Shown one piece after another: positions 55,001-64,000 of a stretch of 64,000 nt of DNA. How positions within the stretch are numbered: position 1 is the first letter of the stretch; every line of letters begins with the position of its first letter. Made by a program: the position numbers and the translations under genes. A model generated the notes under the pieces. It was not told where the DNA came from and did not search any database. It saw only the letters and a list, made by a program, of their open reading frames with translations. This stretch comes from Heteronotia binoei (Eukaryota): contig NC_083237.1 in NCBI RefSeq assembly GCF_032191835.1, positions 1,612,001-1,676,000 on the forward strand. The letters run 5' to 3'.

Positions 55001-56676
55001 TCATGACCTGAGTTCAATCCCCAGTGGAAGCTGGGTTTTCAGGTAGCTGGCTCGAGGTTGACTCAGCCTTCCATCCTCCTGAGGTCGGTAAAATGAGCAC
55101 CCAGCTTGCTGGGGGGAAAGTGTAGCTGACTGGGGAAGGCAATGGCAAACCACCCCGTCAAAAGTCTGCCGTGAAAACGTTGTGAAAGCAACATTACCCC
55201 AGAGTCGGAAACGACTGATGCTTGCACAGGGGACCTTTCCTTTCCTTTCCTTCACTACTCAAAGCAGCCTGAACAGCTTACGATTGCCTTCCCTTTCTCT
55301 CCCCACTGCACGCAGCCTGGGAGGTAGGTGGGGCTGAGAAAGCTCAGAGAGAGCTGTGACTGGCTCAAAGTCACCCAGCTGGCTGCACGTGGAGGAGGAA
55401 AGAGGAATCAAACTCGATTCTCCAGATTCGAGTCTGCTAGTCTTTACCACCACACCACACCAGCTTCCCAATAAGACAAGCACCCTGTCCTACTGAAGCC
55501 TGTGAGTTTTAGCCTAATGACCCAGGCTTGCAGAAGGTTTCCCTGTGAACTCACGGCAGAACTGGCTGCCCCACACGTGCTCAAGAGTATATTCCTGAGG
55601 AGGCAAACACCGGTTAAAAGTCAAGACTTGGTATTAAGCGTTGTATATATCATCTCACACATTCCGAGAGAGAAGTCAAGGGCAATCATCCTTTCAAGTT
55701 TACCTCCGTCTCCATCCAGGCCGTGCTCTGCCTCTCTCAGCCTCCTAGTCCGAGGGGAGGGCTGGGCTCCCCCAGCGGTGTACTTGAGCATGGCACCTGC
55801 TTCTTCATCAATCTCCATCGCCCCGGGGTCTTTGTCAAAACTGACCCCCTGAAGCTCCACATACTGAGGATAAGGGGATGTCTCATCTATCAGGGCTCCC
55901 AGCAAACTGAGACGGGACGCTTGAGGCGAGGCTGAGGAGGCAGGAAAGGCCCCATCCAATTCGTAGTCCAGGTGGGGCTCAGAGGGGCCAGGCCGGCGCT
56001 TGGCTCCCCCCGCCGCACAGTCCTCCAGCCCTAGGAGGCAGTTTTTCTTGTAAAGGGGAAGGCGGTCATCATCGGGCTGGGAGCCAGGGGAAAGGGAGAG
56101 GGATGAGCGGGCTCGCTTTGGCCCTCCTCGCCGGCGCCCTTTGGAGGCCATCCTGCCCCACAGCTTCCAGTGGAAAGCCAGGGAGGAGCTCTTCGAGTAC
56201 AGCAGCATGCGGAAGGCCCCCAGGGCTCGCTGACGCCTGCGGCGGAAGCAGCGGCGCCTGGGGTTTCCTGGCAGCTGTGGACGCCCTCTGGGGCCAGAGT
56301 TGGTCCCTACTTCAAATGGCCAAGCTCTGCCCCCGCTCCTTGCAACCTTTCCCCGGGAAGATTTGCTCCTGGATGGGTCAGATGTGCCTCCTGCAACCCC
56401 CCAATTGGACATGCTCGGAAGATCCCACTTTCCTCCTCCGCCTCCTCCTTCGTCATCTTCTTCATCATCTTCACTGCCAGAGGACAGGGGGTCAAAGCCC
56501 AGAGGCTGCTCCTTGCCATATGCCAGGTGCCGACTCCCTTCAAAGCCACCACCGTGCTTGTGTTCTTGTTTGCCCCACTCCTGGGAAGACCTGCACAGCT
56601 TGCTTTGAGGCCCCATGGGACTGCGAAGACCACGGGACGACCCCCAGCACTTTTTGTCTTGGATGGTTTCCTTCAT
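38263..56676 (-). CDS. SENP3: SUMO-specific peptidase 3, 693 aa
   Basis: Coding exons 56676-55704, 54132-53794, 53135-53024, 51251-51104, 48327-48280, 47570-47493, 47099-46962, 44475-44392, 40017-39967, 38373-38263 sum to 2082 nt. MKETIQ start, [10 protein letters not shown] block, Ulp1 triad His (EVHWSL), Asp (YLDSQ), Cys (QNNDSDCG), C-terminus CHCKLSV*. Confidence 0.97.
38470..39476 (-). mobile_element. Cluster of about four Squam3-like SINE copies in SENP3 intron 10
   Basis: Repeated family consensus, head-to-tail. Confidence 0.8.
40735..41815 (+). repeat. Tandem array of a 134-nt CR1 3'-end unit (SENP3 intron 9)
   Basis: About six copies of ctcaggggaaggcc...gggctcttctgatgttctt; the 3' half is homologous to the 67-nt unit. 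Confidence 0.85.
42254..43398. mobile_element. hAT-type MITE (TIR CAGGGG(T/C)GTC) with a nested 5'-truncated L2 LINE (~42815-43382, minus)
   Basis: TSD CTTTAGAG/CTTTAGGG (7 of 8); L2 ORF2 C-terminus [31 protein letters not shown] and (TAAA)n tail. Confidence 0.8.
45020..45850 (-). mobile_element. CR1 3' fragment with ~8 tandem 59/67-nt terminal units
   Basis: Reverse complement of the 11-13 kb unit followed by ORF2 tail. Confidence 0.8.
46502..46824. mobile_element. Intact hAT-type MITE, 323 bp
   Basis: TIR CAGGGGTGG(C/T)C(G/A)AACT; perfect 8-bp TSD GTGAAAAC (46494-46501, 46825-46832). Confidence 0.88.
49095..50880 (+). mobile_element. Degenerate L1/Tx1-clade LINE 3' fragment interrupted by a Squam3-like SINE (49985-50256)
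   Basis: RT motif remnant VRYLGITL; C-terminal [11 protein letters not shown]...NWKPFIDFL; AT-rich. Confidence 0.7.
51773..52650 (+). mobile_element. Four head-to-tail Squam2-like tRNA-derived SINEs (a dimer duplicated with ~449-bp period)
   Basis: GGTGGCTCAGTGGTAGAGC...GGTTCAATCCC heads near 51780, 52000, 52230, 52450; copies 1/3 and 2/4 share diagnostic variants. Confidence 0.85.
54945..55250 (+). mobile_element. Full-length Sauria SINE (Squam1)
   Basis: GAGCCCCGTGGCG...GACTCAGCCTTCCATCC...GGCAATGGCAAACCAC...GCACAGGGGAC(CTTTC)n. Confidence 0.8.
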
Positions 56677-56730
56677 GGTTCCAACGTGCCTGTAAAAAGT
56701 CAGAAAAAAGGAATAAGAAAAAGCACAGAG

Positions 56731-57290
56731 GCCAGCCAGTTCCTCTGGAGGGCCAACAACAGGGCAGAGAGGCCGAGGCCTTCCCCTGAGAAGAACCTCA
56801 GAAGAGCCCTGCTGGATCAGACCAGGGAGGGTCCATCTAGTCCAGCCTTCTGTCTCACACAGTGGCCAGCCAGTTCCTCTGGAGGGCCAACAACAGGGCA
56901 GAGAGGCTGAGGCCTTCCCCTGAGAAGAACCTCAGAAGAGCCCTGCTGGATCAGACCAGTGAGGGTCCCTCTAGTCCAGCCTTCTGTCTCACACAGTGGC
57001 CAGCCAGTTCCTCTGGAGGGCCAACAACAGGGCAGAGAGGCTGAGGCCTTCCCCTGAGAAGAACCTCAGAAGAGCCCTGCTGGATCAGACCAGGGAGGGT
57101 CCATCTAGTCCAGCCTTCTGTCTCACACAGTGGCCAGCCAGTTCCTCTGGAGGGCCAACAACAGGGCAGAGAGGCTGAGGCCTTCCCCTGAGAAGAACCT
57201 CAGAAGAGCCCTACAGGATCAGACCAAGGAGGGTCCATCTAGCCCAGCCTCCTGCCTTCTCACACATCATAAGAAAAGCTTTCTGGAAGT
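56731..57290 (-). repeat. Tandem 134-nt CR1 3'-end units (about four) next to the SENP3 exon-2 acceptor
   Basis: 134-nt period (repeat ORFs at 56862, 56996, 57130). Confidence 0.88.
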
Positions 57291-57300
57291 CAAGGTAAAC

Positions 57301-59430
57301 AACATAAGAACATAAGAGAAGCCATGTTAGATCAGGCCAATGGCCCATCCAGTCCAACATTCTGTGTCACACAGCGGCCAAATATATATATATACGCACA
57401 CACATACACACACACATACACACTGTGGCTAATAGCCACTGATGGACCTCTGCTCCATATTTTTATCTAAACCCCTCTTGAAGGTGGCCATGCTTGTGGA
57501 CGCCACCACCTCCTGTGGCAGTGAATTCCACATGTTAATCACCCTTTGGGTGAAGAAGTACTTCCTTTTATCCGTTTTAACCTGTCTGCTCAGCAATTTC
57601 ATCGAATGCCCACGAGTTCTCGTATTGTGAGAAAGGGAGAAAAGTACTTCTTTCTCTACTTTCTCCATCCCATGCATTATCTTGTAAACCTCTATCATGT
57701 CACCCCTTAGTCGACGTTTCTCCAAGCTAAAGAGCCCTAAGCGTTTCAACCTTTCTTCATAAGGAAGGTGTTCCAGCCCTTTAATCATTCTAGTTGCCCT
57801 TTTCTGAACTTTCTCCAATGCTATAATATCCTTTTTGAGGTGCGGCGACCAGAATTGCACACAGTACTCCAAATGAGACCGCACCATCGATTTATACAGG
57901 GGCATTATGATACTGGCTGATTTGTTTTCAATTCCCTTCCTAATAATTCCCAGCATGGCGTTGGCCTTTTTTATTGCAAACGCACACTGCCTTGACATTT
58001 TCATATATATTGGGTCTCCTTTGTCCACATGTTTGTTCACCCCCTCAAAGAACTGTAACAGGTTAGTGAGGCAAGATCTTCCTTTACAGAACCCATGCTG
58101 AGTCTTCCTCAACAACATTGTGTTCATCAATGTGCCTACTCATTCTGTCCTTGATAATGGTTTCTACCAACTTTCCCGGTGTTGAAGTCAGACTGACTGG
58201 CCTGTAATTTCACGGATCTCCTCTGGAACCCTTTTTAAAGATGGGGGTGACATTTGCTACCTTCCAGTCCTCAGGAACAGAGGAAGATTTCAATGAAAGA
58301 TTACGTATTTTTGTCAGAAGATCCACAAGTTCAACTTTGGATGTATGCCATCCGGACCTGGTGACTTATTAGTCTTTAATTTGTCTATCAGTTGTAGGAC
58401 CTCCTCTCTTGTCACCTCAATCTGTCTCAGGTCTTTCAACACCCCTTCCAAAATTAGTGGTTCTGGAGCGGGCAAACACTTCTCATCTTCCACAGTGAAG
58501 ACAGAGGGAAAAAATGCATTCAGCTTCTCAGCCATTTCCCTATCCTCCTTCAGTAATCCTTTTACCCCTTGGTCATCCAAGGGCCCCACTGCCTCCCTGG
58601 CTAGTTTCCTGCTTCTAATAAATTTGAAGAAAATTTTATTATTGGTCTTTATGTTTTTTGCAATATGCTCCTCATATTCCATTTTTGCCTGCCTGATCAC
58701 AGTCTTGCATTTGATTTGCCACAGCCTGTGTTCCCTTTTATTAATCGCACTTGGACTAGCTTTCCACCGCTTAAAGGAGTCCTTCTTACCTTTTACAGCT
58801 TCCATTACTTTGTTAACCATGCAGGCCTTTTCTTATACCTGTTTGTGCCTTTCCTAACTTGTGGTATATATTTTATCTGAGCTTCTAGGATTGTAGTTTT
58901 AAATAGCCTCCAAGCTTCCCCAAGAGGTTTGACTGTATTTACCTTTCCTTTCAGTTTCCTCTTCACATGCCTCCTCATCTCAGAGAATTTACCCCTTTTA
59001 AAGTTAAATGTGGTTGTGCTGGTCTTTTGGGGCAACTTTCTATTTATACAAATGGTGAAATCAATAACGTTATGGTCACTGCTCCCAAACGGTGCGATCA
59101 CTTTTACATCTCTCACCAAGTGTTGGGCATTACTTAGCACCAAATCCAGGATCGCTCCACCCCTGGTAGGTTCTGAGACCATCTGCTCCATAGCACAGTC
59201 ATTGAGAGCGTCTAGAAACGCAATCTCTTTCTCACGACCTGAACACATATTGACCCCATCAATCTGCGGGTAGTTAAAATCACCTATTACGACACAGTTT
59301 TTACGTTTAGCCGCTATCTTTAATCCTTCCATCATATTATAATCATCCTCTATCTTTTGATTTGGTGGGCGATAACAAACTCCCATAGTTAAATTTCCTT
59401 TTGGGCCCTCTATTTCAACCCAAAGCATTT
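57301..59430 (-). mobile_element. 5'-truncated CR1 LINE: part of endonuclease, linker, RT start and RT C-terminus, 3' end; RT core deleted
   Basis: EN motifs VCYRPP, VIGDFNYPQI, ILDLVL, SDHNVI; KSPGPDGIHP; QHGFCKGRSCLTNL; C-terminal RRLRGDMIEVYKI; terminal TTATGTTCTTATG at 57301. Confidence 0.9.
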
Positions 59431-59819
59431 ACTTTGGTATTCAATAGGCTGCATAGCCCCCTCCAGCACACTATTGCCTAAACCACATAGCACAACTAGC
59501 CAAAGGCAACATCACCATGGCCATCACTTTTTCAGCAAAGGGCGAGGTTGCACAGGCAAGTTCCAAGAGCAAAAATGACAAGGACTGAGGAATGTACATG
59601 GAAAACCAGTGATACCTCCCTCCCTGGCAGGAGGAGCCGTAGCAGTGACACCTGAAGAACATCTTAAGTGCCCTACAGCAGGGATGGCCAACTGTAGCTC
59701 TCCAGATGTTTTTTGCCTACAACTCCCATCAGTCCCAGCCGGCATGGCCAATGGTTGGGGATGATGGGAGTTGTAGACAAAAAACATATGGAGAGCTACA
59801 GTTGGCCATCTCTGCCCTA

Positions 59820-62800
59820 CAGGATCAGACCAGGGAGGGTCCATCTAGCCCAGCCTCCTGCCTTCTCACACAGTGGCCACCCAGTTCCTCTGGAGGGCCA
59901 ACAACAGGGCAGAGAGGCCAAGGCCTTCATAAGAACATCAGAAGAGCCCTGTTGGATCAGACCATGGAGGGTCCATCCAGTCCAGCCTCCTGTCTCACAC
60001 AGTGGCCACCCAGTCCCTCTGGAGGACCAACAGGGCAGAGAGCCTGAGGCCCTCATAAGAACCTCAGAAGAGCCCTACTGGGTCAGTCCAGTGAGGGTCC
60101 ACCTAGCCCAGCCTCCTGTCTCACACAGGGGCCAACCAGTTCCTCTGGAGGGCCAACAACAGGGCAGAGAGGCCGAGGCCTTCCATGAGAAGAATCTCCG
60201 AAGAGCCCTGCTGGATCAGACCAGAGAGGGTCCATCTAGTCCAGCCTCCTGTCTCACACAGAAGCCACCCAGTCCCTCTGGAGGGCCAGCAACAGGGCAG
60301 AGTGTCTGAGGCCTTCCCCTGAGAAGAACCTCAGAAGAGCCCTGCTGGGTCAGACAGAGAAGGTTAAGAACATAAGAGAAGCCATGTTAGATCAGGCCAA
60401 TGGCGCATCCAGTCCAACATTCTGTGTCACACAGTGGCCAAATACACACACACACACACTGTGGCTAACAGCCACTGATGGACCTCTGCTCCATATTTTT
60501 ATCTAAGCCCCTCTTGAAGGTGGCTATGCTTGTGGCCGCTTGTGGTTCATCTAGTCCAGCCTCCTGTCTCACACAGGGGCCAACCAGTTCCTCTGAAGGG
60601 CCAATAACAGGGCACAGAGGCTGAGGTCTTCTCCCGAGAAGAACCCCAGAAGAGCCCTGCTGGGTCAGACAGTGAAGGTTCATCTAGTCCAGCCTCCTGT
60701 CTCACACAGTGGTCAGCCAGTTCCTCTGAAGGGCCAACAACAAGGCAGAGAGGCTGAGGCCTTCCCCTGAGAAGAACCTCAGAAGAGCCCTGCTGCGTCA
60801 GACCAGGGATGGTCCATCCAGTCCAGCCTCCTGTCTCACACAGTGGCCAACCAGTTGCTCTGGAGGGACAACAGGGCAGAGAGGCCGGGGCCTTCCCCTG
60901 AGAAGAACCTCAAGAAACCCCTGCTGGATCAGAACAGTGAGGGTCCATCCGTCCAGAGCCTTGCCTTCTCACAGAGGGGCCAGCCAGTCCCTCTAGACAG
61001 GGCCAACATAGGGCAGAGAGGCCGGGGCCTTCCCCTGAGAAGAACCTCAGAAGAGCCCTGCAGGATCAGACCAGGGAGGGTCCATCCAGTCCAGCCTCCT
61101 GCCTTCTCACACAGGGGCCAGCCACAATAGGGCAGAGGGGCTGAGGGCCCACAACAGGGCAGAGAGGCTGAGGCCTTCCCCTGAGAAGAACCTCAGAAGA
61201 GCCCTGCTGGGTCAGACCAGGGATGGTCCATCCAGTCCAGCCTCCAGTCTCACATAGTGGCCAACCAGTTGCTCTGGAGGGACAACAGGGCAGAGAGGCC
61301 AGGGCCTTCCCCTGAGAAGAACATCAGAAGAGCCCTGCTGGATCCGAACAGTGAGGGTCCATCTGTCCAGCCTCCTGCCTTCCCACACAGGGGCCAGCCA
61401 GTCCCTCTAGACAGGGCCAACATAGGGCAGAGAGGCCGAGGCCTTCCCCTGAGAAGAACGTCAGAAGAGCCCTGCTGGGTCAGACCAGGGAGGGTACATC
61501 CAGTCCAGCCTCCTGTTTCACACAGTGGCCACCCAGTTCCTCTGGAGGGTCCACAACAGGGCAGAGAGGCCGAGGCCTTCCCCTGAGAAGAACCTCAGAA
61601 GAGCCCTGCAGGATCAGACCAGGGAGGGTCCATCTAGTCCAGCCTCCTGTCTCACCCAGTGGCCAATGAGTTCCTCCGGAGGGACAACAACAGGGTAGAG
61701 AGGCTGAGGCCTTCATAAGAACATCAGAAGAGCCCTGCTGGATCAGACCAGGGAGGGTCCATCTAGTCCAGCCTCCTGTTTCACACAGTGGCCACCCAGT
61801 TCCTCTGGAGGTCCAGCAACAGGGCAGAGAGGCTGAGGCCTTCCCCTGAGAAGAACCTCAGAAGAGCCCTGCTGCGTCAGACCAGGGATGGTCCATCCAG
61901 TCCAGCCTCCTGTCTCACACAGTGGCCACCCAGTTCCTCTGGAGGGACAACATGGCAGAGAGGCCGGGGCCTTCCCCTGAGAAGAACCTCAGAAGAGCCC
62001 TGCAGGATCAGACCAGGGAGGGTACATCCAGTCCAGCCTCCTGTTTCACACAGTGCCAACCAGTTCCTCTGGAGGGCCCACAACAGGGCAGAGAGGCTGA
62101 GGCCTTCATAGGAATATAATAAGGGCCCTGCTGGATCAGACCAGTGAGGGTCCATCTAGTCCAGCCTCCTGTCTCACACAGTGGCCACCCAGTTCCTCTG
62201 GAGGGCCAACAACAGGGCAGAGAGGCCGAGGCCTTCCCCTGAGAAGAACACCAGAAGAGCCCTGCTGGGTCAGACCAGGGAGGGTCCATCCAGTCCAGCC
62301 TCCTGTCTCACAAAGTGGCCAGCCAGTTCCTCTGTAGGGCCAACAACAGGGCAGAGAGGCCGAGGCCTTCCCCTGAGAAGAACACCAGAAGAGCCCTGCT
62401 GGGTCAGACCAGGGAGGGTCCATCCAGTCCAGCCTCCTGTCTCACACAGTGGCCAACCAGTTCCTCTGGAGGTCCAGCAACAGGGCAGAGAGGCTGAGGC
62501 CTTCCCCTGAGAAGAACCTCAGAAGACCCCTGCTGCGTCAGACCAGGGATGGTCCATCCAGTCCAGCCTCCTGTCTCACACAGTGGCCACCCAGTTCCTC
62601 TGGAGGGACAACATGGCAGAGAGGCCGGGGCCTTCCCCTGAGAAGAACCTCAGAAGAGCCCTGCTGGATCAGACCAGGGAGGGCCCATCCAGTCCAGCCT
62701 CCTGTCTCACACAGTGGCCACCCAGTTCCTCTGGAGGGACAACATGGCAGAGAGGCCGGGGCCTTCCCCTGAGAAGAACCTCAGAAGAGCCCTGCAGGAT

Positions 62801-62886
62801 CAGACCAGGGAGGGTCCATCCAGTCCAGCCTCCTGCCTTCTCACACAGGGGCCAGCCACAACATGGCAGAGAGGCCGGGGCCTTCC
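59820..62886 (-). repeat. ~3 kb heterogeneous tandem array of 131-134-nt CR1 3'-end units in SENP3 intron 1
   Basis: About 20 units with variants, interrupted at ~60365-60540 by the other CR1 3' end; ends against the SENP3 CpG island. Confidence 0.9.
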
Positions 62887-63149
62887 GGGATGCTGCCTCC
62901 TGGCCCTGGGAGTCAGAATGCGAAGGTCCTTTTTGGTCGCCATGGCTGCCGGCCACGGCCCCCCCCGAGTCCTCGGATCCCCCTGTGCCTGAGTCCCACC
63001 TGCGGACCCCGCTGCCTTCTGCGCATGCTGCATCTGCCCTCACGTGCTAGCAGCCGCCCCTACACCCTGGCCAGGTAGGCCCACCACATCCGGGGCACTC
63101 CCTGCCTGAGGGCCTGAGGGGGAGGAGCCCCCTGGGGAAGGGGGCGTGG

Positions 63150-63620
63150 CCAGGGGCAGCAACGGCCGGACCCCCGCTCCGTGCAGGGCGAGGCGGCTAC
63201 GGCGGCCGAGGGGGCTCAGGGCGCGCAGGGTCGGGGGAGGGGCTCACCGTGTCCGGCGGGGAGGCCGGGGGGAGGGGCCTCTCGCTGCAGCAGCTCCCAG
63301 AAGCGCCGCCGCCTCCTCCTCCGCCGCCTCCTCCTTCCCTCAGGAGCTGCCGCCGCCACCGGCGCCGCCCAAAGGCGTCATCAGCCCGCGTCGAGGGGGA
63401 GAAGGCGGGGCTAAGAAGGAAAAGGCGCCGCGTCACTTCACCAAGCGCGTGACGTCACCCGCGCGCACCGCCTTCCCCTCCCTATCAGGGCACGCCGGCG
63501 CGGCGCGTGACGTCACGACGCAAGGGCAGCGGCTCTCTTGGGAGGGAGAGGGCGCGGCCTCGGCGTGCCTACGTCACCGCGTGACACCTCAGCGGTTCGA
63601 GTCCCTTCCCGTCTATAAAT
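63150..63620 (-). promoter_or_regulatory. SENP3 CpG-island promoter and non-coding exon 1 (donor at 63248/63247)
   Basis: Donor ACG|GTGAGC on minus; two palindromic GTGACGTCAC CREs (63449-63458, 63507-63516) plus half-sites at ~63431 and ~63571. Exon-2 acceptor at 56690/56689. Confidence 0.7.
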
Positions 63621-64000
63621 AGATTGGGCGACCATAGAGTCGGGAGGCGGAACGGCCAGCAGGGCAGCGGCTGGAGTGCAGGTGTCATCCGGAGAAGGAG
63701 GGCATGATGGGAAGCGGGGCCGCTCTGGCCGAGGGAGACCCATCTCGCTGCTCGCTGTGGGGGCGGGGCTTGGCTCTTCTGGAATGTGCGGAAAAGTCTT
63801 GCAGCTGATCTGATTCTTTGGATTCTGAAATGCAACAGCTGTTTTGAATGCAAGCTGGTTTCCCTTTATTTGCAGCCTGGATTCCTCTGACCGACACTTT
63901 AAGGTTGTTACAAGATACAAAACCAAGAGTCAGACTGTAGAAGACACTCAGTATTAACCAATCCATAAATGAAGCCTTGCCTTAAAAACTTGTTTGATTT

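Noticed and set aside
56862-62992. Recurring ORFs such as [26 protein letters not shown]
   Set aside because: Translations of the 134-nt CR1 3'-end unit; starts are mostly non-ATG, frames shift between copies, no protein signature.
63865-63870. AATAAA on minus as the TNFSF13 3' end
   Set aside because: Plausible from human synteny, but no TNFSF13 sequence is visible in the window.

Overview
Squamate reptile genomic DNA (probably a gecko, inferred from the tRNA-derived SINE families). It is syntenic with the human 17p13.1 block SENP3-EIF4A1-CD68-MPDU1, and all four genes lie on the minus strand. I reconstructed by hand SENP3 (10 coding exons, 693 aa), EIF4A1 (11 exons, 406 aa, with intronic SNORA48, SNORD10 and SNORA67), CD68 (exons 2-6; signal-peptide exon not found) and MPDU1 (exons 1-3; later exons not found in the window). 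Best candidate for an undescribed system: an intact Harbinger/HARBI1-family transposase-derived ORF (5130-6479, +) set head-to-head with MPDU1 in one CpG island. It has a predicted 5'-UTR intron, no visible TIRs or Myb partner, and all three DDE catalytic residues substituted, so it looks like a domesticated, nuclease-dead protein. Second highlight: a SINE inserted exactly at the EIF4A1 exon-5 splice acceptor, leaving the apparent ancestral acceptor upstream (its use gives a premature stop) and a new one built from the SINE tail. Introns are full of CR1, L1, L2, SINE and hAT MITE copies, including kb-scale tandem arrays made of CR1 3' ends. Family names come from recalled consensus sequences, not database searches; repeat boundaries are approximate.
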